Below are positions 1 to 13,471 of a stretch of 64,000 bases of DNA, piece after piece. This DNA comes from Lama glama (Eukaryota). The translations under genes were made by a program, and so were the position numbers. The DNA lies in NCBI GenBank assembly GCA_028534125.1, contig CM052817.1, positions 43,526,001 through 43,590,000 on the forward strand. Direction: 5' to 3'. The notes under the pieces are model-generated. The model ran no database searches. It saw only the letters and a list, made by a program, of their open reading frames with translations, and was not told the DNA's origin. Numbering within the stretch: position 1 is the first letter of the stretch; each line of letters begins with the position of its first letter.

Positions 1-834
1 CAACCCAAGTACATTCCCACCCGTCACTGCCGGCTCACACCAGCCCTCCCTCCTTTTACGTACACGTGCTTCCTAGCAGAGGCTGCTTCTCACTCCAGAT
101 ACTATCGTCTCGGTGGCAGGCCAGTGTCACCGGCTCCTTGTCAGTGACAGCAGCCAGTGTCCTTGGGGAGTTAAAGGGTAAATGCCTCGAGGTCTTTGAG
201 TTAGTGCAAACTTGACATCTGCCGACCTTTAGAGCATACATCTGGCTTAATTGAGCAGGAAAGTGATGCTGGCAGAAAAAGATTAAAATGCTCAGGGTAA
301 TGGCAGCTTGCTTTTCTTTCCTTGTTCTCTTCCAAATCCACACAGAAGCCACCTGTGACTTGTCCGTATCGAGTGAGATTTCTCACACCAGCGATGCGGA
401 TGGATCCCTGCACAGCTTTCAGCCAGCAGCTGCTAAGAGCTCTCTCTCTCCTCTAAGACAAGTGTTTGTCATGTCCCCAGGATCATCTCATTTGTACTGT
501 TGCCCTGCTCAGTAAACAAAATGAGGACTGTAACTCAAGGAAGTTTTATGGACTGCAGATTGTTACTGATTTAGTGGACTTGGTTATTTAAAAAAAAAAG
601 CCATCACACCCTTTCAATAGGTATGACCATCACAATAAACTCAATTCGAACCTTTCCTTCACCATTTGGTGCCTACCTGTGGACCTGGCGATGTCCACAG
701 GGCAGCCAGCTGATCTAAAGACTGACAGGAAGACAAGAAGGAAGGGAAGAAGAGGGCCAGGGAGAGGACAACGAGAAGAAGAGAGGGAAAATGGGCAGAG
801 GTGCACAAGGAGATGTTATGTCACTGCAGCAGTA

Positions 835-1730
835 CAGCAGTTAAGAGGCAGTTAAGATCTGAAGTCAGAAGAATGAGCATGAGTCCCAGCGCTGCCCCTT
901 ATGAGCTATGGGACTTTGGGCAAGTTTCTTAGCCTCTCTATTTCTTCATCTGAAAAATAAGGATGGTAACAACTACCTCATGAACTTGTCATGAGGATTA
1001 AACACCAAACACTCACACAGCATGTATTCTGTGCCAGGCACTGTGCTAAATTCCCTGCATACATTAACTCATCCTAGCAACAGCCTTCTGAGTTGGGTGT
1101 GTGTTAGTTTTCCATTGCTGCTGTAACAAATGACCATAAATTCAGTGACTTAAAAACAACACAAACTTCTTATACAGCTTAAGAGATTAGAAGTCCTAAA
1201 ATCAAAGCATTAGCAGGACTACAGTCCTTCAAGAAGCTCTACGGCTAGATCATTCCCTTGTCTTTTCCCAGCTCCTGCCTGCATGCTCATGGCCCCTTCC
1301 TGACACTCTGACCATCACTCTGACCTCTGCTTCTGTCTCAGATCTTCCTGTCTGATTCCAACACTCCTGCCTCCCTCATACAGAGACCCTTGTGATTACA
1401 GCAGCCCATTCAGATAACCCAGGATAACCATCCCCAACTCAAGATCCTTGTCTTCATCACACCTACAAAGTCTCTTTTGCCATCTGAGGCAGCTGTTCAC
1501 AAGTGCTGGTGATTAGGACGTGGACATCTCTGAGGAACCAGTATTCCGTTCACCACAGGTATCACAGTTGTTCCCATTTTACAAATGGGAAACTAACATG
1601 GGAAGAGATTAAGGAACTTGCCCAAGGTCATGCTTTCCCTCCCAATACATTCCTGCCTCTCAGCGGGTGAATGTTCAGAAAGCTCTTGGAACAGTGCTGG
1701 GCACAGGAAGCACTAGGCCAGGTTAACTCT
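835..1730. mobile_element. MIR fragments in both orientations around the MLT1
   Basis: MIR core tgggcaagtttcttagcctctct...catctgaaaaataagg (+). The minus-strand core cccattttacaaatgggaaact...ttaaggaacttgcccaaggtca lies at 1572-1630. Confidence 0.8.
1100..1557 (-). mobile_element. MLT1 (MaLR) solo LTR inserted in a MIR
   Basis: tgtgttagttttccattgctgctgtaacaaatgacc ... gattaggacgtggacatct ... caccaca, a typical reverse-oriented MLT1. Confidence 0.85.
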
Positions 1731-2208
1731 TACTCCCACGCAGCGGTGTTAAAGGTAGAACAGACAATAAGTACTTCAGCTTTAAGTCAGTGATACCAAC
1801 ACCAAAGGCAGGTTGGCCCTCGGCTGGCCCAAGAGTGGCCTTGTCCCCACGCTACTTGGAAGGCCATGAGGTGTGGATGGGGAGTTTAGGATCTGGAGAA
1901 AGGAAGCCTCTCCCTCCAGCGGTGGGTCTGGAGTGAGCAGCCTGAGCCTCGTGGTTTGCACGTGCAGGGCGAGGCTAGAGTGAGCAGTTACCCTCACAAG
2001 TAGTTGCAGGACTGGGGTGTTAAAGGGGATTCTGTCAGTCGGGGGAAAAAGAAAACCGTTTCATAAACTAAGACACTGTCAGTGTCAGCAGCCTTTGCAT
2101 ATTTGTTGAGTAAAGAAACACTGATTTTTGGTGCTATGATTTGAATAAAACAAGGGATCCTGGAAGAGGAAAAGATGCTTTGATCTGCAAAGCCCGGCAC
2201 TCACTCAC

Positions 2209-2352
2209 CACTGCAGGTCCCCTGTTTGTTGTAAAACCCGTCGCCACAGCTGCTCTGACAGCTGCCCTCCCTCAGCACGTGGAGCGGGTCACTGCAGGCC
2301 AGGCAGTTCTTCTCGGTGGGGCCCCAGCAGGCCACACAGGACTCGTGGCAGG
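2209..2352 (-). CDS. FRAS1: FRAS1 coding exon (exon 15 equivalent), furin-like repeat 3
   Basis: 144 bp, phase 1-1, acceptor ...ttgcctgcag| and donor |gtgagt. Translates (A)CHESCVACWGPTEKNCLACSDPLHVLREGSCQSSCGDGFYNKQGTCS. Confidence 0.96.
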
Positions 2353-3715
2353 CTGCAGGCAAACAGCACAATCAGGGAACAGCCGTAGTAGGAAGGAAAG
2401 GCTGTGAGTTTTCTTTCAAATGTTTTAGAATTTATAAGGAGAATGTTGGCTCCTTCAATCCTAAACCACAGGAGAAAAAAAAAAACCCACCCCAAAAAAT
2501 CCTATTTCTGTTGGCCAGAAACACAACTTCAATAAATTATCACTAAGAGAATGAGAACAGGAAATCAGAGGTTTTTGAGCACTGGGAGTCACAGACAAGG
2601 GAATCATAATTTTCTAGACATACGTGGTCTGTCTAATGAAATCAGATGGCCCTCCATCACCCTGCGTTTTGCAACCACACAACAAAGTGCCAAGAGGATG
2701 ACTGCTCTTACCTCCAGCGCATCAAGAATCAGCTAAGGAGGGGTGCCAGGTACCCCAACCCTTGATTAGACCTTGAGGGACCTGGTACTGCTTGGTTCCC
2801 CGGGCTCTTTCCCTCCCTTTTCGTCTCTCCACACCCTTCTCTCCCCCAACCCCCGCCGTCTTCCTTCTGTCCTCCCTCACAAATCTTACAACGCAGCCTC
2901 TGGTCACCCCCCTCCCCACCCCCGTAGCATCTGCTCTAAACATATATCTTGAGTACTCACGAAGCTTGACTTTCTCTTATACCTTAGATTTCTAAGTATA
3001 CGTTATTTTTAGACAAAAGTTGTTCCTTTAAGACTTGAAAATGTCCTCCTCTTCCAGCATTTGATTTTTAATTATATTCATGCTTGCTCTTTACCTTAGC
3101 AGATCTATAAAGAGAGGACTATTCTGAATGAGTAAATATATTGTTTGGTTAACTGTCCGTATGGCTAACCCCACCCATGCCTCTGTTAATGCATCCTGAT
3201 TTTCAAAATGTTTGCCTCACAATGGAGCATCATCTATTTTTCAGAGGTACCCATTCTGACCAAAATTGGCAGGGAGAATGCTTTTGCTGGTTACAGGTGA
3301 CTTGAGAACTATACCTAAGTAACTTAATTAGGGATCCCTTTAGAATCAGAAGAAAGGATGCCTGAATTGAAAATCTTAAGATCCAATCCTCTCCTCAATT
3401 CCAGACTGCACAAGAAGGCCTTAATTTCAGACAACTTTTGTCCCCAACAAATTCAGACATAATTGCAAAGTGTGGTAAGTGATAAGAAGAGTGCTTTGAC
3501 AGAGAATAACAGTTGTAGGACGGAAAGGGATTGGCTTTAGGCAGTTCTAAAGGACGAGACGGGACCAGCCCTGGGGAGAGCCAGAGAGCAGCACAAACAA
3601 AGCTCTTGAGACGGGAAGGAGCTTGGGAGTTCAAGGAACTGAAGGCTCCCCTTGTGGCTGGACCCAGTGGACATAGTGGGGCACGGTGTTCCTGATTCAT
3701 GGCTGGAAGGGTAGG

Positions 3716-3960
3716 CAGGGACCCTATCAGACTTGACCTTGGAGACCATGGAAAGAAATTAGGATTTTTATCCTACCTGCAACGGGAGTCATGAATGGGC
3801 TTTTTAAATAGGATAGACAGAAGCCCTGATTTAGATTTTTAAAAGCTCTCTCTGGCTGCCATGTAGAGAGGGGTTATGGACTTACATGCCAGCAGGGAGA
3901 CCAGTAGGGAGTCAACGGCTCTGGTCCAGGTAAGAGATGACAATGGCAGATGGAAAGCAG
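3716..3960 (-). mobile_element. L2 fragment
   Basis: ggattttatcct...gatttagatttttaaaagctctctctggctgcc...gtccaggtaagagatgac. Confidence 0.7.
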
Positions 3961-6900
3961 AGGCGGAAGAAAGTTTACTTATTTATTATCTGGTTCCCTC
4001 GCTAGACCATAAGGTTCATGAGGGCAGAGTCCATATCTCTTTCGTTAACTCTGTGCTGAGCACACAGCTCAGTGGCCTACAAACTTCACTTATATTGAAC
4101 ACCTTATTTATAAGTGGTGCCTGAGAACATTGTTTGTGTTGAGATAAGCCACTGACACTACAACGTAACTAAATATGTGGATGCAAAGATCCCGGTGACA
4201 AAGTCTACCCTGAATACACATGAAATCTGTCATTCACTTAGTTAGCTACTCTCTAGTGACTGACTAGAGTCACTATCTGAAGTGTCTATCACTGTTAAGT
4301 GCCTCTGCCTTACTGACTCGGGAGCTGATTCAAAGCCGTTACCTAAACAAACAAAAACCCAAGTGCATTTCTAAGAAGGCACGCCAGGCTGGTCTGTCTA
4401 TCAATGTTCAACAGAAGCACGTACTACATGCAAGATGCCGGGCTGGCCTGGGAGGCCTTCCCAGCTCGCCACAGGTAAACACAGTGGCACCAGGGAGTAA
4501 GCGCCTGAGGGGATGGCGGGGAGGGGGCAAAAAAGGCAACAGGGGCCAGGTCATGGGGCCAGGGGTAAGGGCTTCGGACTTCATCCCATAAAAGTTTTCA
4601 TCAGGGCAGAGGAATCAATCGATCAGTTTTGCTTTTGGAGCGCTTACTTTAGAGAGGGTAATTAACTCAAGACATCCTTAAAGGATGAAATCATCTTTAT
4701 CCAGCGGGCACGGAGATGAGAAATTAAAGCAAAACCCCCAGTTCTTTAGGGGACTGTCTGAAGGCAGTATAGACACTGCTGCACTGGCTGTGAAAACAGT
4801 AAAAATACTTCCGACCTGGTTGGTAAACGGCTGTCATTCTGGCCCCCTCCCTGATACTGTGGCTTCCGCCCTGGGAACCCTGGCAGACACCAAGATCCAG
4901 CAACCGAAAGGTCTGACACAGGAGAGGGTCTCGGGTCTCCCTCCTTCCGACCGACCTGATCTGTGCCATACTGCTTGTTAAATAGTTTTAATATTGCTCC
5001 TGGTACTGCCAATCAAAATGGGGGTCAAAGGCTGAGCAGGATAGAAGCCATAGACTTAGGGATGGCACTCAGGTCCGTCACAAACCGAGCCCTACTTAGC
5101 ATTTCAGCCCTGCCTTGTGCTACCTCCCTGAAGCAAGCCAGTTTTGTGGAGCAGGGTACCCCAAGCATGCCACGTGCCTGTGCATGGGTTCCAGATGCCC
5201 CACACAGGATTGACCGAGTTGGAAATGCCTCTGACCCCTTCCACAGCCCCTGTAATCCTGTTTACACCTGAGAGACCTCCTAAGCTGCTACTTCTTGCAG
5301 CTTGGCTGAACTTGTCCAAAGTCAGCTACTCCTTCCTCTGTGTTTCTGCAGCTCTTTGTAGATGCCTCTCGTGTGAGTTATCCTACAGTATTAATTACTC
5401 TGTTAATCAATCCCCTTCAATGGAATGTAATATCCTCCAAAATAGGGGCCATGTTTTATCATCTTAAACCCCTGGTATCCAGATTGATTTCTGGTACAAA
5501 GTCAGAACTTATTAAATGCACGTTAAATGAATGCACAGCAGATCTTTTCATTGGTTATGGGGGGTTCATCCTGCTACCTTCTACATGGAAACAACTAACC
5601 GTGAGGTCAAAGCCTGAAGAAATGATATGACGATGTTAAGATCTAAATTTTATCTAATAAATGCTGGAGTCCAGATCTGCTTATGCTGGCGAATGCTCGC
5701 GCTGTATCTGTGTAATTTACCAAATGTGATGCTGGCCCTTCTCTTTTCCATATAGAATAAAAGACGAGACCCACGGCCAGGCAGGACAGCAGAAGGGACT
5801 GGTATTTCAACACAGGACTATGCTGAGCTGCCATTTCTTTTCTTGCCCTTTTTTTTTTTTTGAGCTGTCATTTCTTATAATGACATACTCCCACTGTGTT
5901 TTGCAATTGATTTCTAATTTCTCACACTGAACATATGCTACTGCAGATAATCTCTTCTTGCAGGCTTATTTTCCATGTGGATTTTATTGCATTTGGGTTA
6001 TTACAAAAAATAAAAGGTCAGTCCCTGACTTTTCGCCATAATTTCTCTTAGTGATACATTTCAGATCACCCAGGGTTTGAAGTGTATGTTGTGAAAATTG
6101 TGGTAATAAATTAAAACAGAGGACAAATAAGACAAAGCCATCTTTTTATCTCACATGTAGTAGATAATTTATTTAGGAGAGCCCCTGACTTTTCTGGAGC
6201 ATAACAAGACATGTGTTGGCTTGCTGAGCAATTCATCTCAAAATGAAAAGGAACGAATTACTCTTCTTTTGGCAACCCTATATATTGAAACTCTACTCTA
6301 AAAATAACAAACTTCTTTTCTGTACTTGATAATTTTGAAATAGGTTGCTGTCAAAAATGTTAACCTGTGCTACTCCAAGAATAAAATGCAGCCCTTTTCT
6401 AGGGACGTGTTAAAACATTTCCTGTGAACTACTTCGGACTTCCAGGAAGCCTTCCCAGATCCCAGGCAGTGGGCACAGATTCCCATGGGCTCAGCCTTCA
6501 GTGCAAACTGGCCCTCGGGAAAGAGAAGGAGCCTTGGTTCCCCAACTTTCCCATGGTCTTTTGGAATATGTTCACCTGCCATCACCAGGGAATCAGCACC
6601 CTTGATCAGCAGATGTTTTCAGAGTCACCCGTGAGGCTGCAGTTCACATTTCCTAAATGCCAAGAAGTTTCCACTCGCCATTAGATGAAACAGCCCAAAA
6701 TCCAGGCACAAGCAAGGACATCATACACAAGGCAAATTCCTTCATCCTGTCCCTTATCCATTTTGTGACAACTGATAACTTTCATTCACATCTCACAAAT
6801 GACTAGGAAGTACTTGCCAAGTTTTAAAGTATTATCAGGAGACAATGGGTCAATTTCCAGTAAGAAGCTCTTGCTGGATGCAAAAATGTTCTGTCTTAAA

Positions 6901-7619
6901 CTCAACTTCACTGTTGCTTGCTTTCCTAACCTGTAAAGGGGGAGTAATAATATTTGTTGTACTTCATTCATGGGGATTTGGTGAGACGACATGTTTGAGA
7001 AAGCAGAGAATGTTGCCTGTGATCACACAAGTGGCACACCCTGCGAGATCCAGCAAATCTTGCTTCAATTGGCATCAAAAGCCAAGTGATTAGAAAGGAT
7101 GCAAATTAAAATGTAACGCAAGGCAGAAGAGGAAAGGACAACAAAGACTCTGGGAAAGGGAGGTCCGCTCAGAACGGGAGCGGAGGGAAGTAACGGAAAA
7201 GCCCGCAGGAATTATTCCAGCAGTTACATAAAGGGGCTCCAGCCTCTCCCAGAGTCCCAGACCCTGGAGCTCTTTTCTTGCAATTGCTGCAAAACCTCAA
7301 CAAAAGCCCTTTGGAAAGTGACTGAGAATAGCTCTGTGAAAGTCATGGTGAAGCCCAGATGCCGGGCAGACTGTGCTCCATTCCCCGCATTACGGTCTCA
7401 TCTGAGGCCAAGGCTACTAGTCTAGGAGGCACAAATGCCAGACAAATCTAAAAGGAGAAGTTCACTGAGTCATCATCATTTTTGATTCTTTTACTACCAA
7501 CTGCTTTTGTCCCCTGTCTAGTTTCTGCCCTTAACCTTCCTCCCTGGGCCAGCAGAAAACTTTACACTCTGAAATTGGAATGTCTGGTCTCCACATGTTC
7601 TGAAAACCCCTATGTTCTT

Positions 7620-8900
7620 AAGAGACTTCGTAATAGAAAAAATATCAACACATGAAAAGAATCTGCAGCCTCATGAATAACCAGAGATATGCAAATTTCA
7701 CAGGAGAGCAGCAGCTAGGTGCAATGGATTGGATGTGCACATAGCAAAGGGTATCCATCTCAGAAACAGTGCTTGGTGAGGGAAAAAAAAGTAAATGAAC
7801 GGTTCATCCATTGTAACAAAGGTACCACTTGGTGGGGGATGTGGATAATGGGGGAGGCTATGTATGCATGGTGGCAGGGAGTGAATGGGAGATCTCTGTG
7901 CTTTCCTTTTATTTTTGCTGTGAACTTGACAGCTGCTCTAAAAAAGTCTTTAAAATTAAGAAAAGGAAAAGGATGAGATATCTACCTAGTAATATGTATG
8001 AATATTTAAAGTACATACATACAAGACTGTAAGAACACATACATATTAAAAATCCACATTAAATTGCATTAGAATAGTTATCTAAGTGGGGAGCTGGGGA
8101 GAAGGAAAGTGAGAATAGGCTACAGGAACAAAAGGAGTGGGCGGACAGGCAGGCAGACAGACAGATAAACAGGAGAATGGCCTGGCCCAGGCCACTGATG
8201 AAAGAGGGCCATGAACAGATATATATGGTAAATCAACGTCCTTCATATAAATCCCCAAAATAAGTATAACTAAATAAATAAACAAGATTGCTTTTTACAT
8301 CAATCAAGTTGACAAAGTTAAGAAGACTCCTAACACCTCATATTGACAAGGGTGGTGGGAGGGAGGCACTCTCGTGTGCTTCCAGTAGGAGTGCAAACTA
8401 CAACTTCTTTAAAAGAGAGTAATATATTAGTATGTGTTGAAAACTTAAAAATGTACATATATACACTTGGACCCAGCAATCACCTAAGAATTTACCTTAA
8501 TCAAACATATTTACCACAATTTCTATTCAAAATGTTTACATCGTGGTTATGACAATGGAAAAATTAGGAAGCAGCGCCAAACAACAGAGGCTTGGCTAAA
8601 TGAATTCTTAGATGGCTACAGATGGAAAGTTATACAACAGCTTTAAAAGATGTTGTAGACAGATAATAAATAACACGGGGAAAGCAGGCAATAAAACTAT
8701 ACATAGAGTGTGATTTCACTGTTGAAAAATAAATAAATGCTTCTATGTCTGTCTGTGTACACAACACACACACACAGGACATAAATTAGGAAGACATTCA
8801 TCACAATACTAACAGCCATGATTTGGGAGAGCCTGAGTCAGGGATTTTCACTGATTTTGACGTGCCTTGAATTTCACTGAGTTTATTAAATGAATTCATT
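7620..8900 (+). mobile_element. Cluster of old L1 (L1MC/L1ME-type) 3' fragments
   Basis: ttgtaacaaaggtaccact...tttgctgtgaac (7810-7950) and the L1ME-like segment 8290-8900. Boundaries approximate. Confidence 0.65.
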
Positions 8901-11118
8901 TGCTACTTATGGGCAAAAATGACTAAAGGAGAAAAAAAAACCTGAAGTCCTTTTCCCTAAGGCACATGCTGGGTAAATAGTTAATCTATTAACCACATTC
9001 GTGATACAGCTGAATGATTTACTCGTCTTGGGTGACGTATCTGAATTTTTAGCATAGTCTTTTGTAGACATTGAGCTTGAACTGAAGGAACGACCTCCCA
9101 GCTGACAGAGGCTTTGGCAGGTCCACATGGGGAGAGATTTACAAGCAGGCTAGCTTTTTGTTGGTACTTAAGTCAGAGGATAAAGGCAGACATTTGGCTC
9201 TTCAGGAACACCCTCAAGTTATCCTTTCGGTCTGCTGACCCATGCCCACTACATCCCTAAATCTACAATACAGCAGCCCTACCCTGCCCCCCCACCCCCT
9301 GGTTTTCAAATACAGTAACCACCTAGGCATGTAGCTGGATGAGCCAAACAGAACTCTTAGATTCCACTCATCCACTGTGACCACTGGCCACCCTTGGCTG
9401 CTAAGACCCCCTGGGTTTTTCCCCAGCCCCTGTTAATTAAATGGTTATTGATTTTCCCAGTAATCCCTCGAGTCCACTTGTCTATAGAAACTGAAGAGTC
9501 AAAGGAGGGACCACCAACCCAAACCAAGCTGATGGGTGAGTTCTCAGACTTCTTGGCTCACGGGCACAGCCTGCTCAGATCTGGGCAGCGACAGCATGGA
9601 GGTGCTAGGCGCTCTGCGGGCAGCACAAAAAGGGAGCAGGGGTGGAACAGGGAGAGTGCTGGGGTGGGGAATGCAGAAGGGAGAGAAGGAATGTACGCCA
9701 CACAGTCTCGCTAAAATAACTGAGAGCCCTAGGAATTGGGCGGGGAGCCAGAAGACTTGTCGCTACTTTGTAATCCAGAGCTGAAATATTTTGGGGTTCA
9801 GATTTGTCAGGAAGAATGGGATCTGTCTGGAAGATAAACTCCCTGCCACTTGTGACGGGCTTTCCCTGCTGGTACCTGATCCTTTTGTTCCATCGTGTCT
9901 TCTGGCAAACATAGCAAGGGCCTATAAGCAGCACAGACAAATGCCAAACACAGCCTGCTGCAGCAGAGGTCCCAGGCAAGACACCACCAGCTGCTGCTGC
10001 TTTCTTCTCTCCACGTATCCTTTACAAGAATGTCCAACGAGGGAGGGGATTTGGAATCCCATTGTCACCTGCTTCACTGGGTCTAGTTTACTCAAGAAAC
10101 ATACTTTCTAGGAGGCCATCCAGTTGTCCTCCCTTCTGAATGGCTTAAAGCACTCCACGGAGGCTACCCAAGTTCCAGGGACAGTTGTGGGTTTTTTTTT
10201 GTTTACTTTGTTGTTTATTTGCTTTTTGTTTTTTTTTTTTTTTTTAAAGAATCACCCTTTCGGCACTGATAAGGCACTCAACTATCTTAAAGGGGAGGTA
10301 AATGAAGATAAGAAAAAGAGGGTGGGGAAAACAAGATTCTGTAATTTTCCTGAGGCCACACCTAGCGAGGAATTGCTGACGGGGAGTAGATACCAGAAGC
10401 TGAATGGAAGTCCGGTCACAGGTGAGCCAGAGTCTAGGCATGCCCCTACATTCCCATGCTTTCTACTCTGTGTGATGGTTTAAATCACACTTTTTTCAAT
10501 CAAAAATTGTTCCAAGGGCCTTACATGTGCTTATCATTGTAGGGAATTCAGGAGTGTAAGACCTGTCCTTGTCTCAATGATCAGTCACGTCCTGTAATAA
10601 ACCTTTTAAATTGTCTTTATAGCACTGCAAGCAATGGGTTCAAATTGTGGTGACCACTGGGAACGATCTTATTTCTTTCTTTCTTTACTGACACTCTCCT
10701 CCCATTGAGAAAGTAAGTTCCTGAGCCACAACGCAGTTTTCTGTCAGTTCACTGCTGTATCCCAGGGCCTGGGATGTGGAAGAGGCTCAGCGAATACTCG
10801 TTGCCTGAACAGAATGGAGGAGACAGGAATATCACGTGAAGCAGTCAGTCCCCTTCACAAGACACTCGGTAATTAAGTGAGAGACCACAATTGCTGTAGA
10901 ATACTAGAGGTTTGAATGTGCATGGGATTTAGAGAGCGGGACAAAATGAGTCAAGACAGTGTGGTTGGAGGTGCTGGGCCCCAAACTGAGTATGTGAAAT
11001 TGAGACCATTCTGGGGGATGCTGGAGGGGCCATGGAGGATATTAGCTTGACAGTCAGTGACTGTCCCACCAGAACAAGGAGGGCTCCTGTCTTCTTGAGG
11101 ATTTCAGAACAGCAGTTT

Positions 11119-11738
11119 TGAGACAGGATGGAAGGGGGCAGGGCACAGCCATTCAAGGAATGCTATAGCAATTAACATCAAAATGGTGGAAGGTTCAACC
11201 CCCAGGAGGCCTTGAGGCTCAGGATGATGAGAGATTTAACTTCTAGTAGATCTTGAGCTTCATTATGTGTCTATTGTAATAATTAGCATGGTGAATAACA
11301 CACCCACAGGCACCATGGCAGTCCCAAGGCTAGCCACCAAAGGTCAAAGAGTGGGAAATGGCCAACTTCCTGGGAATCCCAGTCCCTTCCCCAGGCTACT
11401 TAGACTGGTCCTTCCACTTATTAGCGTATGAAGCCACCAAACCCATAAAAACTAGCAACACAGTGCCTCGAGGCCGCCCCTCTCTCTCCCTCTTCGGAGA
11501 CAGTCCACACTCTGTCTATGGAGTGTGTACCTACTTTCAATCTGAGCACCCAACCCCTACACCTCGTGGCCTTTCTCTTGCCTTTCAATGTATCTCTCTG
11601 AATAAATCTACCTTCACTCAGCTGTGGCTCACTCTTGAATTCTTTCCTGCGAAAAGCCAAGGACCCACACTTGGCGGGGTGCGTCCCAGGGGCTGGCACA
11701 CAGCCCTTCTCATGCCCCACATCCATTTTCCCACATCA
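11119..11738 (+). mobile_element. ERV1-class solo LTR, MER41-like
   Basis: 620 bp, TG...CA termini, perfect 4-bp TSD gttt (11115-11118 / 11739-11742). TATA-like cataaaa at 11444, AATAAA at 11601. The start tgagacaggatggaagggggcagggcacagcc resembles recalled cetartiodactyl MER41-type LTRs. Confidence 0.85.
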
Positions 11739-13194
11739 GTTTCATAAATGCCTTTGCCAAGAGGTTTGTCCTGGGCACGGCTAGGCTGGGCTAAGCCACT
11801 TGTGGAATATAATGCCCCCCCATCAAGTGCTGCTCTGGACTGGGCTCCGAGGGCTCCGTGCTTCACAGCTGCAAAGTGTTGGGCTGCTCCAGTCAAGCGA
11901 AATTCCAACAAATGATTCACGTTAGAAATTCCTCAGCTCAAACTACAGCTTTTAAGCCTCAGCTAGGTCAGCATCGTATATGCAAATTTTACAGGTTTTC
12001 TTAGCAAAAGTTTTCTCTGTAAATATAAGAAACAGGTAATTCCAGATTCATTTAATCAAAGCTTTTAAAGAAAATAAAACAATTTTAACTTGGGATGAAT
12101 AAATTGCTCTCTGTATTATATTTACTACTCCATAATGTATAAAACCTATTATAAATCTGACACAAATGGCACAAAACTCTTTTGTTTCCTAATGCAAGCT
12201 ATCTGATTTTCATTTGCATAAATTAAAAAATAAAGGAACAGATTTGATGATGACAATAGCCGCCTTTTGTTGTTCACATACTATGGGTCAGTCATGTTTA
12301 CATTTTCACACATCTTTTCTAACTTCATGTTAATGATTTAAAGTAGATAATATTATCCCCACTTTCCAGTTGATGAAACTGAGGCTCAAAGTGGTTAAAT
12401 GACCTGCCCAAAGCCATATAAGCAGTAAGTGGTGGAGCTGAGATTCAAAATGAGCCTGCCTTGTACAAACCTATAAAAAATTCAATTGCCTGATTCTCTA
12501 AGTTTCAAAATCTAAGACCACACAGCAATCAGATACAGACTAAGCTGCACAGGTTTTTGTGTTTGTATTTTTATTTTTTCACATCTCTGTAAGCAGCAGA
12601 TAACCCTGCCTTGATTGCCAGCTCACTGTGGGCAAATACGGAGTCTCACCTTCTTATCCTCTAGACTGTGAGCAGTGGCAAAGAGAAGGAATGGAGGAGC
12701 TGGAGAACGGAAAAGAATGACAATAGGAAGCAGAAATCCAAGCCTCCTAACGTACACGGAGGGCTTACAGGTGCCAGGCGCCATCCTAAACGATAGATGT
12801 GAATTTGCTCATTTAATCTGCACAGCAGTGCTATATAGCAGATATCCTCGTCCCTGCTGTAGCCATAGGCCACTGCAGCACGGAGCTAAAGAATATGCTG
12901 TTCGAAGTGACAGAACCAAGATTGGAATCCTTGGCTCCCAAGTCTACGGTCTTGAGCACCCTGTCCCCATCCCTCTCACCTCTGGATCTGCAGGATGAAG
13001 GCAGCCCTTGCCAGGGAGTACACACGGCTCCATCCTCAAACGTTTGTGAATACTGGGAGTTTTAAGCTGACAAACCAGACATTGATGCACATATAAAAAT
13101 GAAATAAATTCTACTTTTTGTCTACTCAAAACCTAGTCTTGAGTTACTCATTTTAAACTAATCTTGCATGATGTGTGTTAGTGTAGTTGTTTTA

Positions 13195-13471
13195 TTTATT
13201 TATTTATTTATTACTTTTTATTGAAATATGGTTGATTTACAATGTTTTGGGTATAAAGCAAAGTGATTCAGTTATACACATACATATATTTTTTCAGATT
13301 CTTTTCTACTATAGGTTATTATATTTCATATATTTCCTTGTGCTATACAGGTCCTTGTTGTTTGTCTACTTTATATACAGTAGTGTATATCTGTTAATCT
13401 CAAATTTCTAATTTATCCCTCCCTCCCTTTCCTCTTTGGTAACCATAAGTTGGTTTTCTATGTCTGTGAGT
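13195..13471 (-). mobile_element. 5'-truncated L1 3' end with long TSD
   Basis: (TTTA)n tail and cetartiodactyl-type L1 3'UTR. Flanks gttagtgtagttgtttta (13177-13194) / gttagtgtggttgtttta (13470-13487), 17/18 identical. Confidence 0.9.

Noticed and set aside
198..226. Minus-strand peptide GRCQVCTNS resembling FRAS1 GRCKVCHNS
   Set aside because: The similarity does not extend on either side and there are no exon boundaries. As I recall, the real motif spans an exon junction. Treated as chance.
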